NCBI GenBank assembly: GCA_900557195.1
Contig: USRT01000004.1
Span: 18,133-82,132 of the forward strand
Direction: 5' to 3'
Origin: an uncultured Clostridium sp.
Lineage (GTDB): Bacteria > Bacillota > Clostridia > TANB77 > CAG-508
DNA: 64,000 nucleotides
Shown: piece by piece, positions 50,029-58,269 of the stretch
How positions within the stretch are numbered: position 1 is the stretch's first letter
How the letters are laid out: every line of letters starts with the position of its first letter
Made by a program: the position numbers and the translations under genes
The notes under the pieces: generated by a model
Told to the model about the DNA's origin: nothing
The model's database searches: none
Seen by the model: the letters and a program-made list of their open reading frames with translations, nothing else

Positions 50029-50448
50029 ATGAGAAAATTAGGAATTGATTATGGTGATTCTAGAGTTGGAATATCAATTACAGACGCTCTTGGTATAACA
50101 GTTCAAGGATTAGAAACAATACATCATAATGGAAATGATAAAGTTGTTTTAAAAAGATTAGAAGAATTATTTGAAAGATATGATGTAGATACAATTGTAA
50201 TTGGTCTTCCAATTAATATGAATGGAACAAAAACAGAAAGGGTAGAAGTTACAGAAAAGTTTATTCATAAATTGCAATGTAAATTTAACAAAATAAAAAT
50301 AGAAAAAATAGATGAAAGACTTACTACTGTTGCTGCTCATAAAACTATGAATTACTTAAATATTAATAAGCATAAAAAGAAAGATATTGTAGATACAATA
50401 TCAGCAGTATATATATTAGAAACATATATGAAAAAGATTACTTCTTAA
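50029..50448 (+). CDS. ruvX: Holliday-junction-resolvase-like nuclease YqgF/RuvX
   Basis: LGIDYGDSRVGISITD and DERLTT motifs. Confidence 0.88.
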   Translation: MRKLGIDYGDSRVGISITDALGITVQGLETIHHNGNDKVVLKRLEELFERYDVDTIVIGLPINMNGTKTERVEVTEKFIHKLQCKFNKIKIEKIDERLTTVAAHKTMNYLNINKHKKKDIVDTISAVYILETYMKKITS

Positions 50449-50594
50449 ATGCAAAGATATGTATTAGATTTTTAAAGAGTACTTTAAAAAAGCATATTAA
50501 AGTATATCATAAATAAAAATGTAAATAATATTTATTAGTTATTATTGTTGTAGAAATACAATTTAAATATAAAAAATTGAAAGGAGAATTAACC

Positions 50595-50909
50595 ATGAAT
50601 GAAGATGTAAATAATATTCCAGATGCAGAGGAAATAGATAACATAGTAGTTCTTAATGATGAAGATGGAAATGAGGTTGAATTTGAATTTTTAGATTTAA
50701 TTCAATATGAAAATGAGGATTATGTTGTACTATTACCAACAGAAGATGAAGGAGAAGAAGCAGGAGAAGTTGTTATTCTAAAACTAGAAGATACAGAAGA
50801 TGAAGAACAAGAATCTTATGTAAGTGTTGAAGATGAAGAAACATTAAATGCTGTATTTGAAATGTTTAAAGAGAAATTTAAAGATGAATTTAATTTTGTT
50901 GAAGAATAA
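50595..50909 (+). CDS. DUF1292 family acidic protein
   Basis: DEDGNEVEFEFLDLIQYENEDYVVLLP is typical. RBS AAGGAGA. Confidence 0.75.
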   Translation: MNEDVNNIPDAEEIDNIVVLNDEDGNEVEFEFLDLIQYENEDYVVLLPTEDEGEEAGEVVILKLEDTEDEEQESYVSVEDEETLNAVFEMFKEKFKDEFNFVEE

Positions 50910-51164
50910 AAATAAAAGCTATTAACTATTTTTTTTAGTTAGTAGCTTTTTGATATTTTATTAATTTGTTACTTTAATAAAATTGTTAATATTAATACTT
51001 TTTTGCTACTACTTGATGTTTATGTAAATTGGTAGTATAATACATTCATATATTTATCTATATAAATTTGCATTAGAGGTAATCAAAAAAAGTTGATAAT
51101 CACTTTACAATCCTACTCTGTTGCAAATCCGCCGAATGGATTGTATTTCCTTAAGGAGGACAAT

Positions 51165-51407
51165 ATGTACAAGACAATGAAAGTTTCTGGTTCAGAACCA
51201 GGAAAGTATACTGAAGAGTTGTCTTACTCGGGTCAACTAAAAAAAGCAATTGAAAAGATTAATTCTGAAAATGGGAAGATTGTATTTTTAAATCCAATCA
51301 GTGTTCCAGAGTATGAACCAATTGCTACAGGTTCTAGAATCAAATTCATAAATGTTACTGCTGTAATTATTTATGAAGTTGAAGAACCTACGGGTCTTTT
51401 AGGTTGA
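51165..51407 (+). CDS. Hypothetical small protein (80 aa)
   Basis: RBS AAGGAGG then ATG 51165. Followed by the hairpin ATGGAGGTGTGTC...GACATGCCTCCAT and a T run at about 51421-51466. Confidence 0.45.
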   Translation: MYKTMKVSGSEPGKYTEELSYSGQLKKAIEKINSENGKIVFLNPISVPEYEPIATGSRIKFINVTAVIIYEVEEPTGLLG

Positions 51408-51580
51408 TTCTATGATTAAAAATGGAGGTGTGTCTTGTAATGACATGCCTCCATAGTTTTTTTATATTAAGCTTTTTTTACTTTTAAAAGTTTACATATT
51501 GCTTTTAAGAAAAATGTATAATATAATCTAAATATATCTTTTAATAGATATATGATCCGAAAAAAGGGGATGAATGTAAT

Positions 51581-52633
51581 ATGAATAAAAGAACTATTAC
51601 TCGAAAGATAATGGTAAGAGATATTCAAATTGGAGGTCAAAATAGAGTTATAATTCAATCTATGACTAATACAAAAACAAAAGATGTAGAATCTACAGTA
51701 AAGCAGATATTAGAATTGGAAGATGCAGGATGCGAGATTGTAAGAGTTGCTTGTTTAGATATAGAAGATGCAAAAGCGATAAAAGAAATAAAAGAAAATA
51801 TTCATATTCCAATAGTTGCAGATATACACTTTGATTATAGAATAGCTTTGCAAGCAATTGAGAGTGGAGTAGATAAAATTAGAATTAATCCTGGAAATAT
51901 AGGAAGTGAAGATAGAGTAAAAAAAGTAGTGGAAGCTTGCAAAGAACATAAGATACCAATTCGTATAGGTGTTAATGCAGGATCTTTAGAAAAAGATTTA
52001 TTAGTGGATGGAAAACCAACAGCTAAAGCAATGGTAGAAAGTGCAAAAAGACATGTAGAAATATTAGAAAAATTAGATTTTTATGATATTTGTATTTCAT
52101 TAAAAGCTTCAGATTTAGACTTATGTATAGAAGCATATGAAGAAGCAGCTAAAACCTTTAATTATCCATTACATTTAGGTATTACAGAAGCAGGAACAGC
52201 ATTTAGTGGAACCATAAAATCAAGTATCGGATTAGGAGTGCTTCTAAGACAAGGAATAGGAGATACGATGAGAGTATCTTTATCAGATAATCCAGTAGAA
52301 GAAATAAAAGTAGCAAAAGAAATTTTAAAAGATTGTAGTTTATATAATAAATCAGCAAAATTGGTTTCTTGTCCTACTTGTGGTAGAACACAAATAGATT
52401 TAATACCAATAGCAAAAGAGGTAGAAGAGTTTTTACAAAAGATAGAAGCAGATATTACTGTAGCTGTAATGGGGTGTGCAGTAAATGGTCCTGGAGAAGC
52501 AAGAAATGCAGATATAGGAATTGCAGGAGGAATAAAAGAAGGTTTATTATTTAAAAAAGGTGAAATTATAAAAAAAGTAAAACAAGAAGATATAGTAGAT
52601 GTTTTAAAACAAGAAATATTAAAAATGATATAA
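51581..52633 (+). CDS. ispG: 4-hydroxy-3-methylbut-2-en-1-yl diphosphate synthase
   Basis: [16 protein letters not shown] and the CPTCGR...GCAVNGPGE Fe-S ligands. Confidence 0.92.
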   Translation: MNKRTITRKIMVRDIQIGGQNRVIIQSMTNTKTKDVESTVKQILELEDAGCEIVRVACLDIEDAKAIKEIKENIHIPIVADIHFDYRIALQAIESGVDKIRINPGNIGSEDRVKKVVEACKEHKIPIRIGVNAGSLEKDLLVDGKPTAKAMVESAKRHVEILEKLDFYDICISLKASDLDLCIEAYEEAAKTFNYPLHLGITEAGTAFSGTIKSSIGLGVLLRQGIGDTMRVSLSDNPVEEIKVAKEILKDCSLYNKSAKLVSCPTCGRTQIDLIPIAKEVEEFLQKIEADITVAVMGCAVNGPGEARNADIGIAGGIKEGLLFKKGEIIKKVKQEDIVDVLKQEILKMI

Positions 52634-52680
52634 AACAGATTTTATTACAATTCATAGCTTATTTAAGAGATAATGTTATC

Positions 52681-52844
52681 GCCTAGCTAATTGTTTAATA
52701 TATATTTTTTTAAACAAATCTTGAAGCGTGGCGGACGAGTAGTAGGAATTACTTTTATGCCACGCAGTATATTGCAGAGGAGGGCTAAAGTGTGTACCAT
52801 CGGCGATTGGTTTAAAAAAATATATATTAAACAATTAGCTAGGC
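52681..52844. repeat. Perfect 35-bp inverted repeat (52681-52715 / 52810-52844) enclosing a 94-nt comparatively GC-rich core; element C
   Basis: The left arm GCCTAGCTAATTGTTTAATATATATTTTTTTAAAC is the exact reverse complement of the right arm. The core contains the hairpin GCGTGGC...GCCACGC. Confidence 0.85.
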
Positions 52845-52926
52845 TAGTATGTGCTTTTAAATAAGCTGTACATAGTAACAATTTTAGAACAAATCTTAGC
52901 TTGTTTAAGAAGGGAATGTATTATAT

Positions 52927-53778
52927 ATGGAAATTGTACTAGGTAAGACTGCAGGTTTTTGCTATGGAGTAAGAAATGCAGTTCAAAAGGCAGAAGAAAA
53001 ACTAAAGAAACATAAGAATGTATCTTGTTTAGGAGAATTAGTTCATAATGGGCAAGTGATAAAAAAATTAGAAAAATTAGGATTAAAAATAGTAGAAAGA
53101 GTAGAAGATTCAAATAATAAAGTAATAATAAGAGCACATGGAATTGCAAAAGAAATTTATCATAAAGCCAAAAAACTAAATATAGAAATTTTTGATTTTA
53201 CATGTCCAAATGTTTTAAAAATACATAAGATTGCAGATGAATATGCAAGTAAAGGATATTACATTTTCTTAATAGGAGGAAAAAATCATCCAGAGAGTTT
53301 AGGAACAATTAGCTTTTGTGGAAAAGATTCATATTTAATAGAGACAAAAGAAGAAATTGATGAAGCAATTAAATCATTTAAAAATTCTAATATTAAAAAA
53401 TTATTAATAATTGTACAAACTACATTTAGCTTAGAAAAATTTAATAGTTATGTTAGGCAAATAAAGCAAAAAATAGATGAAGATGTAGAGTTACAAGTAA
53501 AAAATACTATTTGTAATGCAACAAAAATAAGACAAGAAGAAACTTGTGAAATTTCAAAAAAAGTACAATGTATGATTATTATAGGAGGAAAAAATAGTTC
53601 AAACACAAAAAAATTATATGACATAGCAAAAGAAAATTGTGAAAATACAATGATAGTAGAAACAAAAGATGAATTAGATGCAGAAGCTATAAAACAGTTT
53701 GAAAAAATAGGCATTATGGCAGGTGCTTCAACACCAGACGATAGTATAGAGGGTGTAATTAAAGCAATTGAAAAATAA
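52927..53778 (+). CDS. ispH: 4-hydroxy-3-methylbut-2-enyl diphosphate reductase
   Basis: GFCYGVRNAV, AHGI, CPNV and TICNAT motifs. Not fused to S1 here. Confidence 0.92.
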   Translation: MEIVLGKTAGFCYGVRNAVQKAEEKLKKHKNVSCLGELVHNGQVIKKLEKLGLKIVERVEDSNNKVIIRAHGIAKEIYHKAKKLNIEIFDFTCPNVLKIHKIADEYASKGYYIFLIGGKNHPESLGTISFCGKDSYLIETKEEIDEAIKSFKNSNIKKLLIIVQTTFSLEKFNSYVRQIKQKIDEDVELQVKNTICNATKIRQEETCEISKKVQCMIIIGGKNSSNTKKLYDIAKENCENTMIVETKDELDAEAIKQFEKIGIMAGASTPDDSIEGVIKAIEK

Positions 53779-53828
53779 TATTAAATTAAAAAAGAAGTTT
53801 AGAGGATAACTGATTAAATAGATAATAA

Positions 53829-53872
53829 TAAATGGCACAGTGTCACTTATGATAATGACATTGTGCCATTAC
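53829..53872 (+). terminator. ispH terminator
   Basis: AATGGCACAGTGTCA-CTTATGATAA-TGACATTGTGCCATT. Confidence 0.65.
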
Positions 53873-54016
53873 TTTATAGAAAATATATAATATTTAAAAA
53901 TAAATATACACAAATATAGAAGCATATCATTATTAGAGATCCTCTTTGTATATACTTGACAAAAAAAACAAGCGTTTATATAATTGGAAGAAATAATAAA
54001 ACAAAGGAGAGAAAAA

Positions 54017-54707
54017 ATGCCTGCTTGGGGAGTTCATTTAGCAACTGCTAGAAATATTTTAGAAAAAGTAAATATCAAGAATCAAAATGATTTTATATTT
54101 GGTAATATTTTACCAGATATATTAAATGGATATTTAATAAAAAATGTATCAAATATAGTAATACATAGAGATGCTCATTATGATACATATCAAAAAGAAA
54201 GATTTTGTAGTTATCAAATTTTTTATGAACAATATAATCAGAAACTTGACAATAAGGTAGTATTAGGATATTTAGTTCACTTAATGACAGATAATTTATG
54301 GAATAAAGAATTCTATAATAAAAAAGTAGTATTTGATAATGATAAAATAGTTCGGACTAAAAGTATTAGATGGAAGTGTAAAAAATGGTGATCATGAAAT
54401 AGTAAGAAAAATTAAGCAAAGAGATTTTAAAATATTTGCAGATTATTTATTTTATAAAGGAGAGATTATAGAGCCAACATATGATGAATCTTTAATAAAT
54501 AAATCTAATAGCATTAATATTATTAATATTAATATAGAAGATATACAAAGATCCATAGAATATATAAATAAAGAAAAAGAAAGAACAAAGACATTAGATA
54601 ATAATTTGAGCTATGAAGTGTTTACGCAAAAAGAGTTAGAAGAGTTTTTTGAAGAAGTAACAGACAAGATTATCAACTTTATTAATGATTTAGATTTAGA
54701 AAAATAG
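54017..54707 (+). CDS. Hypothetical protein (possible zinc-dependent phospholipase-C-like fold); joined by a +1 shift at CGG 54353-54355
   Basis: MPAWGVHLATA...HLMTDNLWNKEFYNKKVVFDNDKIV is followed, after skipping C54353, by GLKVLDGSVKNGDHEIVRKIKQRDFKIFADYL, ending at TAG 54705-54707. Confidence 0.5.
54353..54355 (+). other. In-frame CGG, +1 recoding site (GTT C GGA CTA)
   Basis: Hypothetical gene 54017..54707. Confidence 0.55.
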
Positions 54708-54817
54708 TAAAAATTTTTAAGACATATTTAATAATAATTACCATTCAGAGATGCGATATTAATTTAGTGCCAACTTTCTAGAAAATAGTATATTTATAAA
54801 ATCTTAGTCTCCGAAAT

Positions 54818-54971
54818 AACAATAGTTAATATATTCATAAATTTAACCAATCGCCTACTGCTCCATTTTAACATTACCTAAATATTGAATGTGTGGTATT
54901 GAACCTATTCTATGAAATCTCTCACCATACTTCAAGATTAGTTTGAATTTATAAATATATTAACCACTGTT
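54818..54971. repeat. Imperfect 27-bp inverted repeat (54818-54844 / 54945-54971, 4 mismatches) with a 100-nt spacer
   Basis: AACAATAGTTAATATATTCATAAATTT compared with the reverse complement of GAATTTATAAATATATTAACCACTGTT. Confidence 0.5.
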
Positions 54972-55108
54972 ATGCTAATATGTACTTTTTTACGAAATAT
55001 GAATCGTAAATAAACATTAACAATAGTAGTGAATTTTAAAATTTCTTTCTTGATATATAAAATAATCTATGTATAATAATATTTATTAATATGTGTACTA
55101 GTGCTAAT

Positions 55109-55702
55109 TTATTTCAAGAATCGCTCTGATTTTATAACAGTTCCTAAAACTTTTAAATTTTTTAAATCTTTTTCTAAACAAACTATTGGTTCATAATTTG
55201 TATTTATAGGTTTTAATATAAGACCAATATCTGTTTTAGTTATTTTTCTTATTAATATTTCATTTTTATAATCAATTGCACAAATATTTTCTATATCATA
55301 ATTAGACTGACATCTAATTAATAATTTATCACCTTTTAAAATTTCAGGACTTAAACTATCATCTTTTTGAGTTAAGGCGATATAATCATTAGAATTTGCA
55401 AGTAAACTAGAAATGATAATACTATCATTTGATTCATCATTTAATATTTTTATTTTTACATATTCATCAGAATTCATATTGGAATATTTATTATCAGATA
55501 GACCACTAAGCCAAGCTGGTGAAACATTATATAATTTAGCAATTTTCTCAATAGTACTAATATTTGGATTTTTAATTTGACCATTTGCATATTTAGCGAT
55601 AGTTCCCTTTGATTTTATTCCTAATTTTTTTGATAATTCTTCATAAGTATAAAGTTTTTTAGATAATAGTTCATTTAATCTTTCTTGAAATAATTTATTC
55701 AT
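55109..55702 (-). CDS. XRE-HTH / S24 peptidase (LexA/CI-like) repressor
   Basis: N-terminal HTH (YEELSKKLGIKSKGTIAKYANGQ). The C-terminal DDSLSPEILKGDKLLI resembles the S24 GDSMxP..xxGD block. Confidence 0.7.
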   Translation of the reverse strand: MNKLFQERLNELLSKKLYTYEELSKKLGIKSKGTIAKYANGQIKNPNISTIEKIAKLYNVSPAWLSGLSDNKYSNMNSDEYVKIKILNDESNDSIIISSLLANSNDYIALTQKDDSLSPEILKGDKLLIRCQSNYDIENICAIDYKNEILIRKITKTDIGLILKPINTNYEPIVCLEKDLKNLKVLGTVIKSERFLK

Positions 55703-55803
55703 ATGTTAGCCCCCTAAATTATAAATCAGCACAATTATAACATTTTGTTTCTAATTTGTAAACAAAACGGTGCAATAATATCTAAAAAAGTTTCTTACAA
55801 TTA

Positions 55804-55832
55804 TTGACAATAAGGTTTAAATATTATATCAT
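55804..55832 (+). promoter_or_regulatory. Promoter for the divergent XRE gene
   Basis: TTGACA (55804-55809), 17 nt, TATCAT, inside the 167-bp divergent intergenic region. Confidence 0.5.
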
Positions 55833-55869
55833 GTTTCTTAACAAGAAACCAAATAAAAGGAGTAGTTAT

Positions 55870-56112
55870 ATGAATCCTAAAATCATTGGAAATAGGTTAA
55901 AAGCATTAATGACAATAAGGAATATAAAAAGGAGTTATTTAGCAAAAGAGTTAGGGATAAGTTATAACACTTTAACTAAGAAGTTAAATGGGCAAAGAGA
56001 GTTTGATCTTAATGAAATATGGAAGATAAAAGAAGTATTAGAATTAGATCAAAAACTATGTGCAGATGTATTTTTTAATCCTAAGTTTTTAATAGAAGAA
56101 AAAATAATCTAA
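55870..56112 (+). CDS. Small XRE-family HTH regulator (Cro-like partner of the divergent repressor)
   Basis: 80 aa with RSYLAKELGISYNTLTKKLNGQREF. RBS AAAGGAG. Confidence 0.7.
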   Translation: MNPKIIGNRLKALMTIRNIKRSYLAKELGISYNTLTKKLNGQREFDLNEIWKIKEVLELDQKLCADVFFNPKFLIEEKII

Positions 56113-56167
56113 TATAATAGGAATATTTTAAATTTTGTGATAAATTATAAAAAAATATATTATAAGG

Positions 56168-56833
56168 ATGGAATATATGGATGAGTCTAAAATATTAGAG
56201 ATATTACAATTATATATAAAAGGAGAGATGTCGAAAAAAGACAGTTCGCATGATTGGTGGCATGTAAAGAGAGTATATAATAATGCCATATTAATTAATG
56301 AGGAAGAAAAGTCTAACCCTTTTATTGTTAAGGCAATTGCATTATTACATGATATATATGATCATAAATTTTGTAATGGAAACATAAAAGCTAATCTTAC
56401 CAATCTTTTAATGGGACTAGACTTATATAGATTTATGAAATATGAAGATATACAAAATATTTTAAATAGTTGTCAAAATTTAGGGTTTAGTAGTAATTTT
56501 GATGGGGTAAAAGAATTGTCAAGAGAAGGAAAGATTGTTCAAGATGCAGATAGGTTAGATGCAATTGGTGCAATAGGTATAGCAAGAGTATTTACATATG
56601 GAGGAAAGAACGGAAAAGCAATATATAATCCAGATGAAGAAAATAATATTATAACAAGTGAAGAATATTATAAAAAAGGCTCAAATACATCGATTAGTCA
56701 TTTTTATGATAAATTGTTAAGACTTAAAGAAATGATGAATACAGAAACCGCAAAAAGATTGGCAGAACATAGACAAATATATATGGAGCAATTTTTGGAA
56801 GAATTTTATGCAGAATGGAATGGAAGAAAGTAA
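56168..56833 (+). CDS. HD-domain phosphohydrolase (YedJ-like)
   Basis: HDWWHVKRV, LLHDIYDHK and DADRLDAIGAIGIAR. Confidence 0.8.
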   Translation: MEYMDESKILEILQLYIKGEMSKKDSSHDWWHVKRVYNNAILINEEEKSNPFIVKAIALLHDIYDHKFCNGNIKANLTNLLMGLDLYRFMKYEDIQNILNSCQNLGFSSNFDGVKELSREGKIVQDADRLDAIGAIGIARVFTYGGKNGKAIYNPDEENNIITSEEYYKKGSNTSISHFYDKLLRLKEMMNTETAKRLAEHRQIYMEQFLEEFYAEWNGRK

Positions 56834-57029
56834 AAATATATTTAAATATAAATAAATAGATTCTTCTAATTAAAGTATATATATATTAGAGATTTTTAAT
56901 TAAAATTATTATAAAACAGAGAATATAGTACATGGTTAATAGTACTATACTCTCTATTTTATTTTGAATTAGGTATCACCTTTTTTAATTAATTATAGAA
57001 TACCTTTTTTTATTATAACGATTATAGAA

Positions 57030-57683
57030 TTAATTTTTTCTTTTTCCAAATATAGATAAAACTCTTAAGAATATATTAATAAAATCAAGATATAGTTGCA
57101 TTGCACCATAAATGTATAATTTTTCTTGGTTTAAACTAGAATCTTGTTTTAACTGTTTAATAATATTTACATCATATGCAGTTACTCCAAAGAATACGAA
57201 AAGAATAATCCAATCTAATATTAAGTCTAACATAGAATTTCCGAAAAATAGGTTAATTAAACTTAATATTATTCCTGCTATTAAAATTCCAAATAATAAT
57301 GTACGCCATGAGCTTAAGTCTTTTTTGGTAATAAATCCTATAAGAGCAAATCCACCAAACAAAAGAGCAGATACAATAAATAATTGGATAATAGAGCCAA
57401 GTTCAAAAGCAATGAAAATTGTTGATAATGAAACACCATTAAGCATTGAGTATATGAAATATAATATGGTTACAAGCATAGGTGATAATTTTTTAAATAG
57501 AAATGAGAATAATAAAACAACAACTACTTCTAGTATAAGTAAAATGCTAAAATAACCACCTGTAATAATATCAACAAATAAACCAGATGAATAAGTATAC
57601 CATGATACAATTGCAGTACCTAAAAGACCTATAAACATCCAGAAAAATGTTTTTGACATTAATTTGTTATCTTCTAATTCCAT
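57030..57683 (-). CDS. Bax inhibitor-1/YccA family membrane protein
   Basis: Seven TM helices with the C-terminal GAMQLYLDFINIFLRVLSIFG. Confidence 0.8.
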   Translation of the reverse strand: MELEDNKLMSKTFFWMFIGLLGTAIVSWYTYSSGLFVDIITGGYFSILLILEVVVVLLFSFLFKKLSPMLVTILYFIYSMLNGVSLSTIFIAFELGSIIQLFIVSALLFGGFALIGFITKKDLSSWRTLLFGILIAGIILSLINLFFGNSMLDLILDWIILFVFFGVTAYDVNIIKQLKQDSSLNQEKLYIYGAMQLYLDFINIFLRVLSIFGKRKN

Positions 57684-57821
57684 AAATTCACCTCCGATAA
57701 TTATAGTATACTATAATTACTACTAATAATGCAATAGATGATAAGAGAACGATGTTTTAATTATTTTAGACTGGCTGGTAACAACAAGATTAAATAAAGT
57801 TATAAAAAACTGCAAAAGTGC

Positions 57822-57850
57822 TTGACAAATACAAAAAAATAGTGTAAAGT
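57822..57850 (+). promoter_or_regulatory. Promoter upstream of ylxM-ffh
   Basis: TTGACA (57822-57827), 17 nt, TAAAGT preceded by TG. Confidence 0.5.
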
Positions 57851-57875
57851 ATATTAGCATTACAAAAAGAAAGGG

Positions 57876-58229
57876 ATGCCTATAATGGAAAAAAATGTCC
57901 AAATAAGTATGTTATGCCAAATATATGGAAAGTTATTAACAGATAAACAATTTGAGCTACTAGATGATTATTATAATAATGACTTATCTTTATCTGAAAT
58001 TGCAGAAAATAATGAAATAACTAGGCAAGCAGTTAGGGATATTATAAAAAAGGGCGAGAAGAAACTTTTTGAATATGAAAAAGAACTTAAGATTATGGAA
58101 AAAATGTTAAATCAAGAAAAAAAGCTTAAAAATATAATCCAGGATTTAGAAAATTTAAAGCAAAACTTAAGTTTTAATGATAATAAAAAAATAGACGAAA
58201 TAAAGATTAAACTAGAAAGTTTAGTCTAA
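57876..58229 (+). CDS. ylxM: YlxM (UPF0122) putative DNA-binding protein
   Basis: LTDKQFELLDDYYNNDLSLSEIAENNEITRQAVRDIIKKGEKKL, in the conserved position before ffh. The start may be ATG 57885. Confidence 0.85.
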   Translation: MPIMEKNVQISMLCQIYGKLLTDKQFELLDDYYNNDLSLSEIAENNEITRQAVRDIIKKGEKKLFEYEKELKIMEKMLNQEKKLKNIIQDLENLKQNLSFNDNKKIDEIKIKLESLV

Positions 58230-58269
58230 AGTTAAAATGTAATTAGGTTTTAGTTAAGGAGGATGAAAT

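Noticed and set aside
52687-53149. Two minus-strand ORFs (52687..52881 and 52844..53149).
   Set aside because: The first lies within inverted-repeat element C. The second is antisense to the ispH start. Both are leucine/phenylalanine-rich low-complexity sequences without an RBS.
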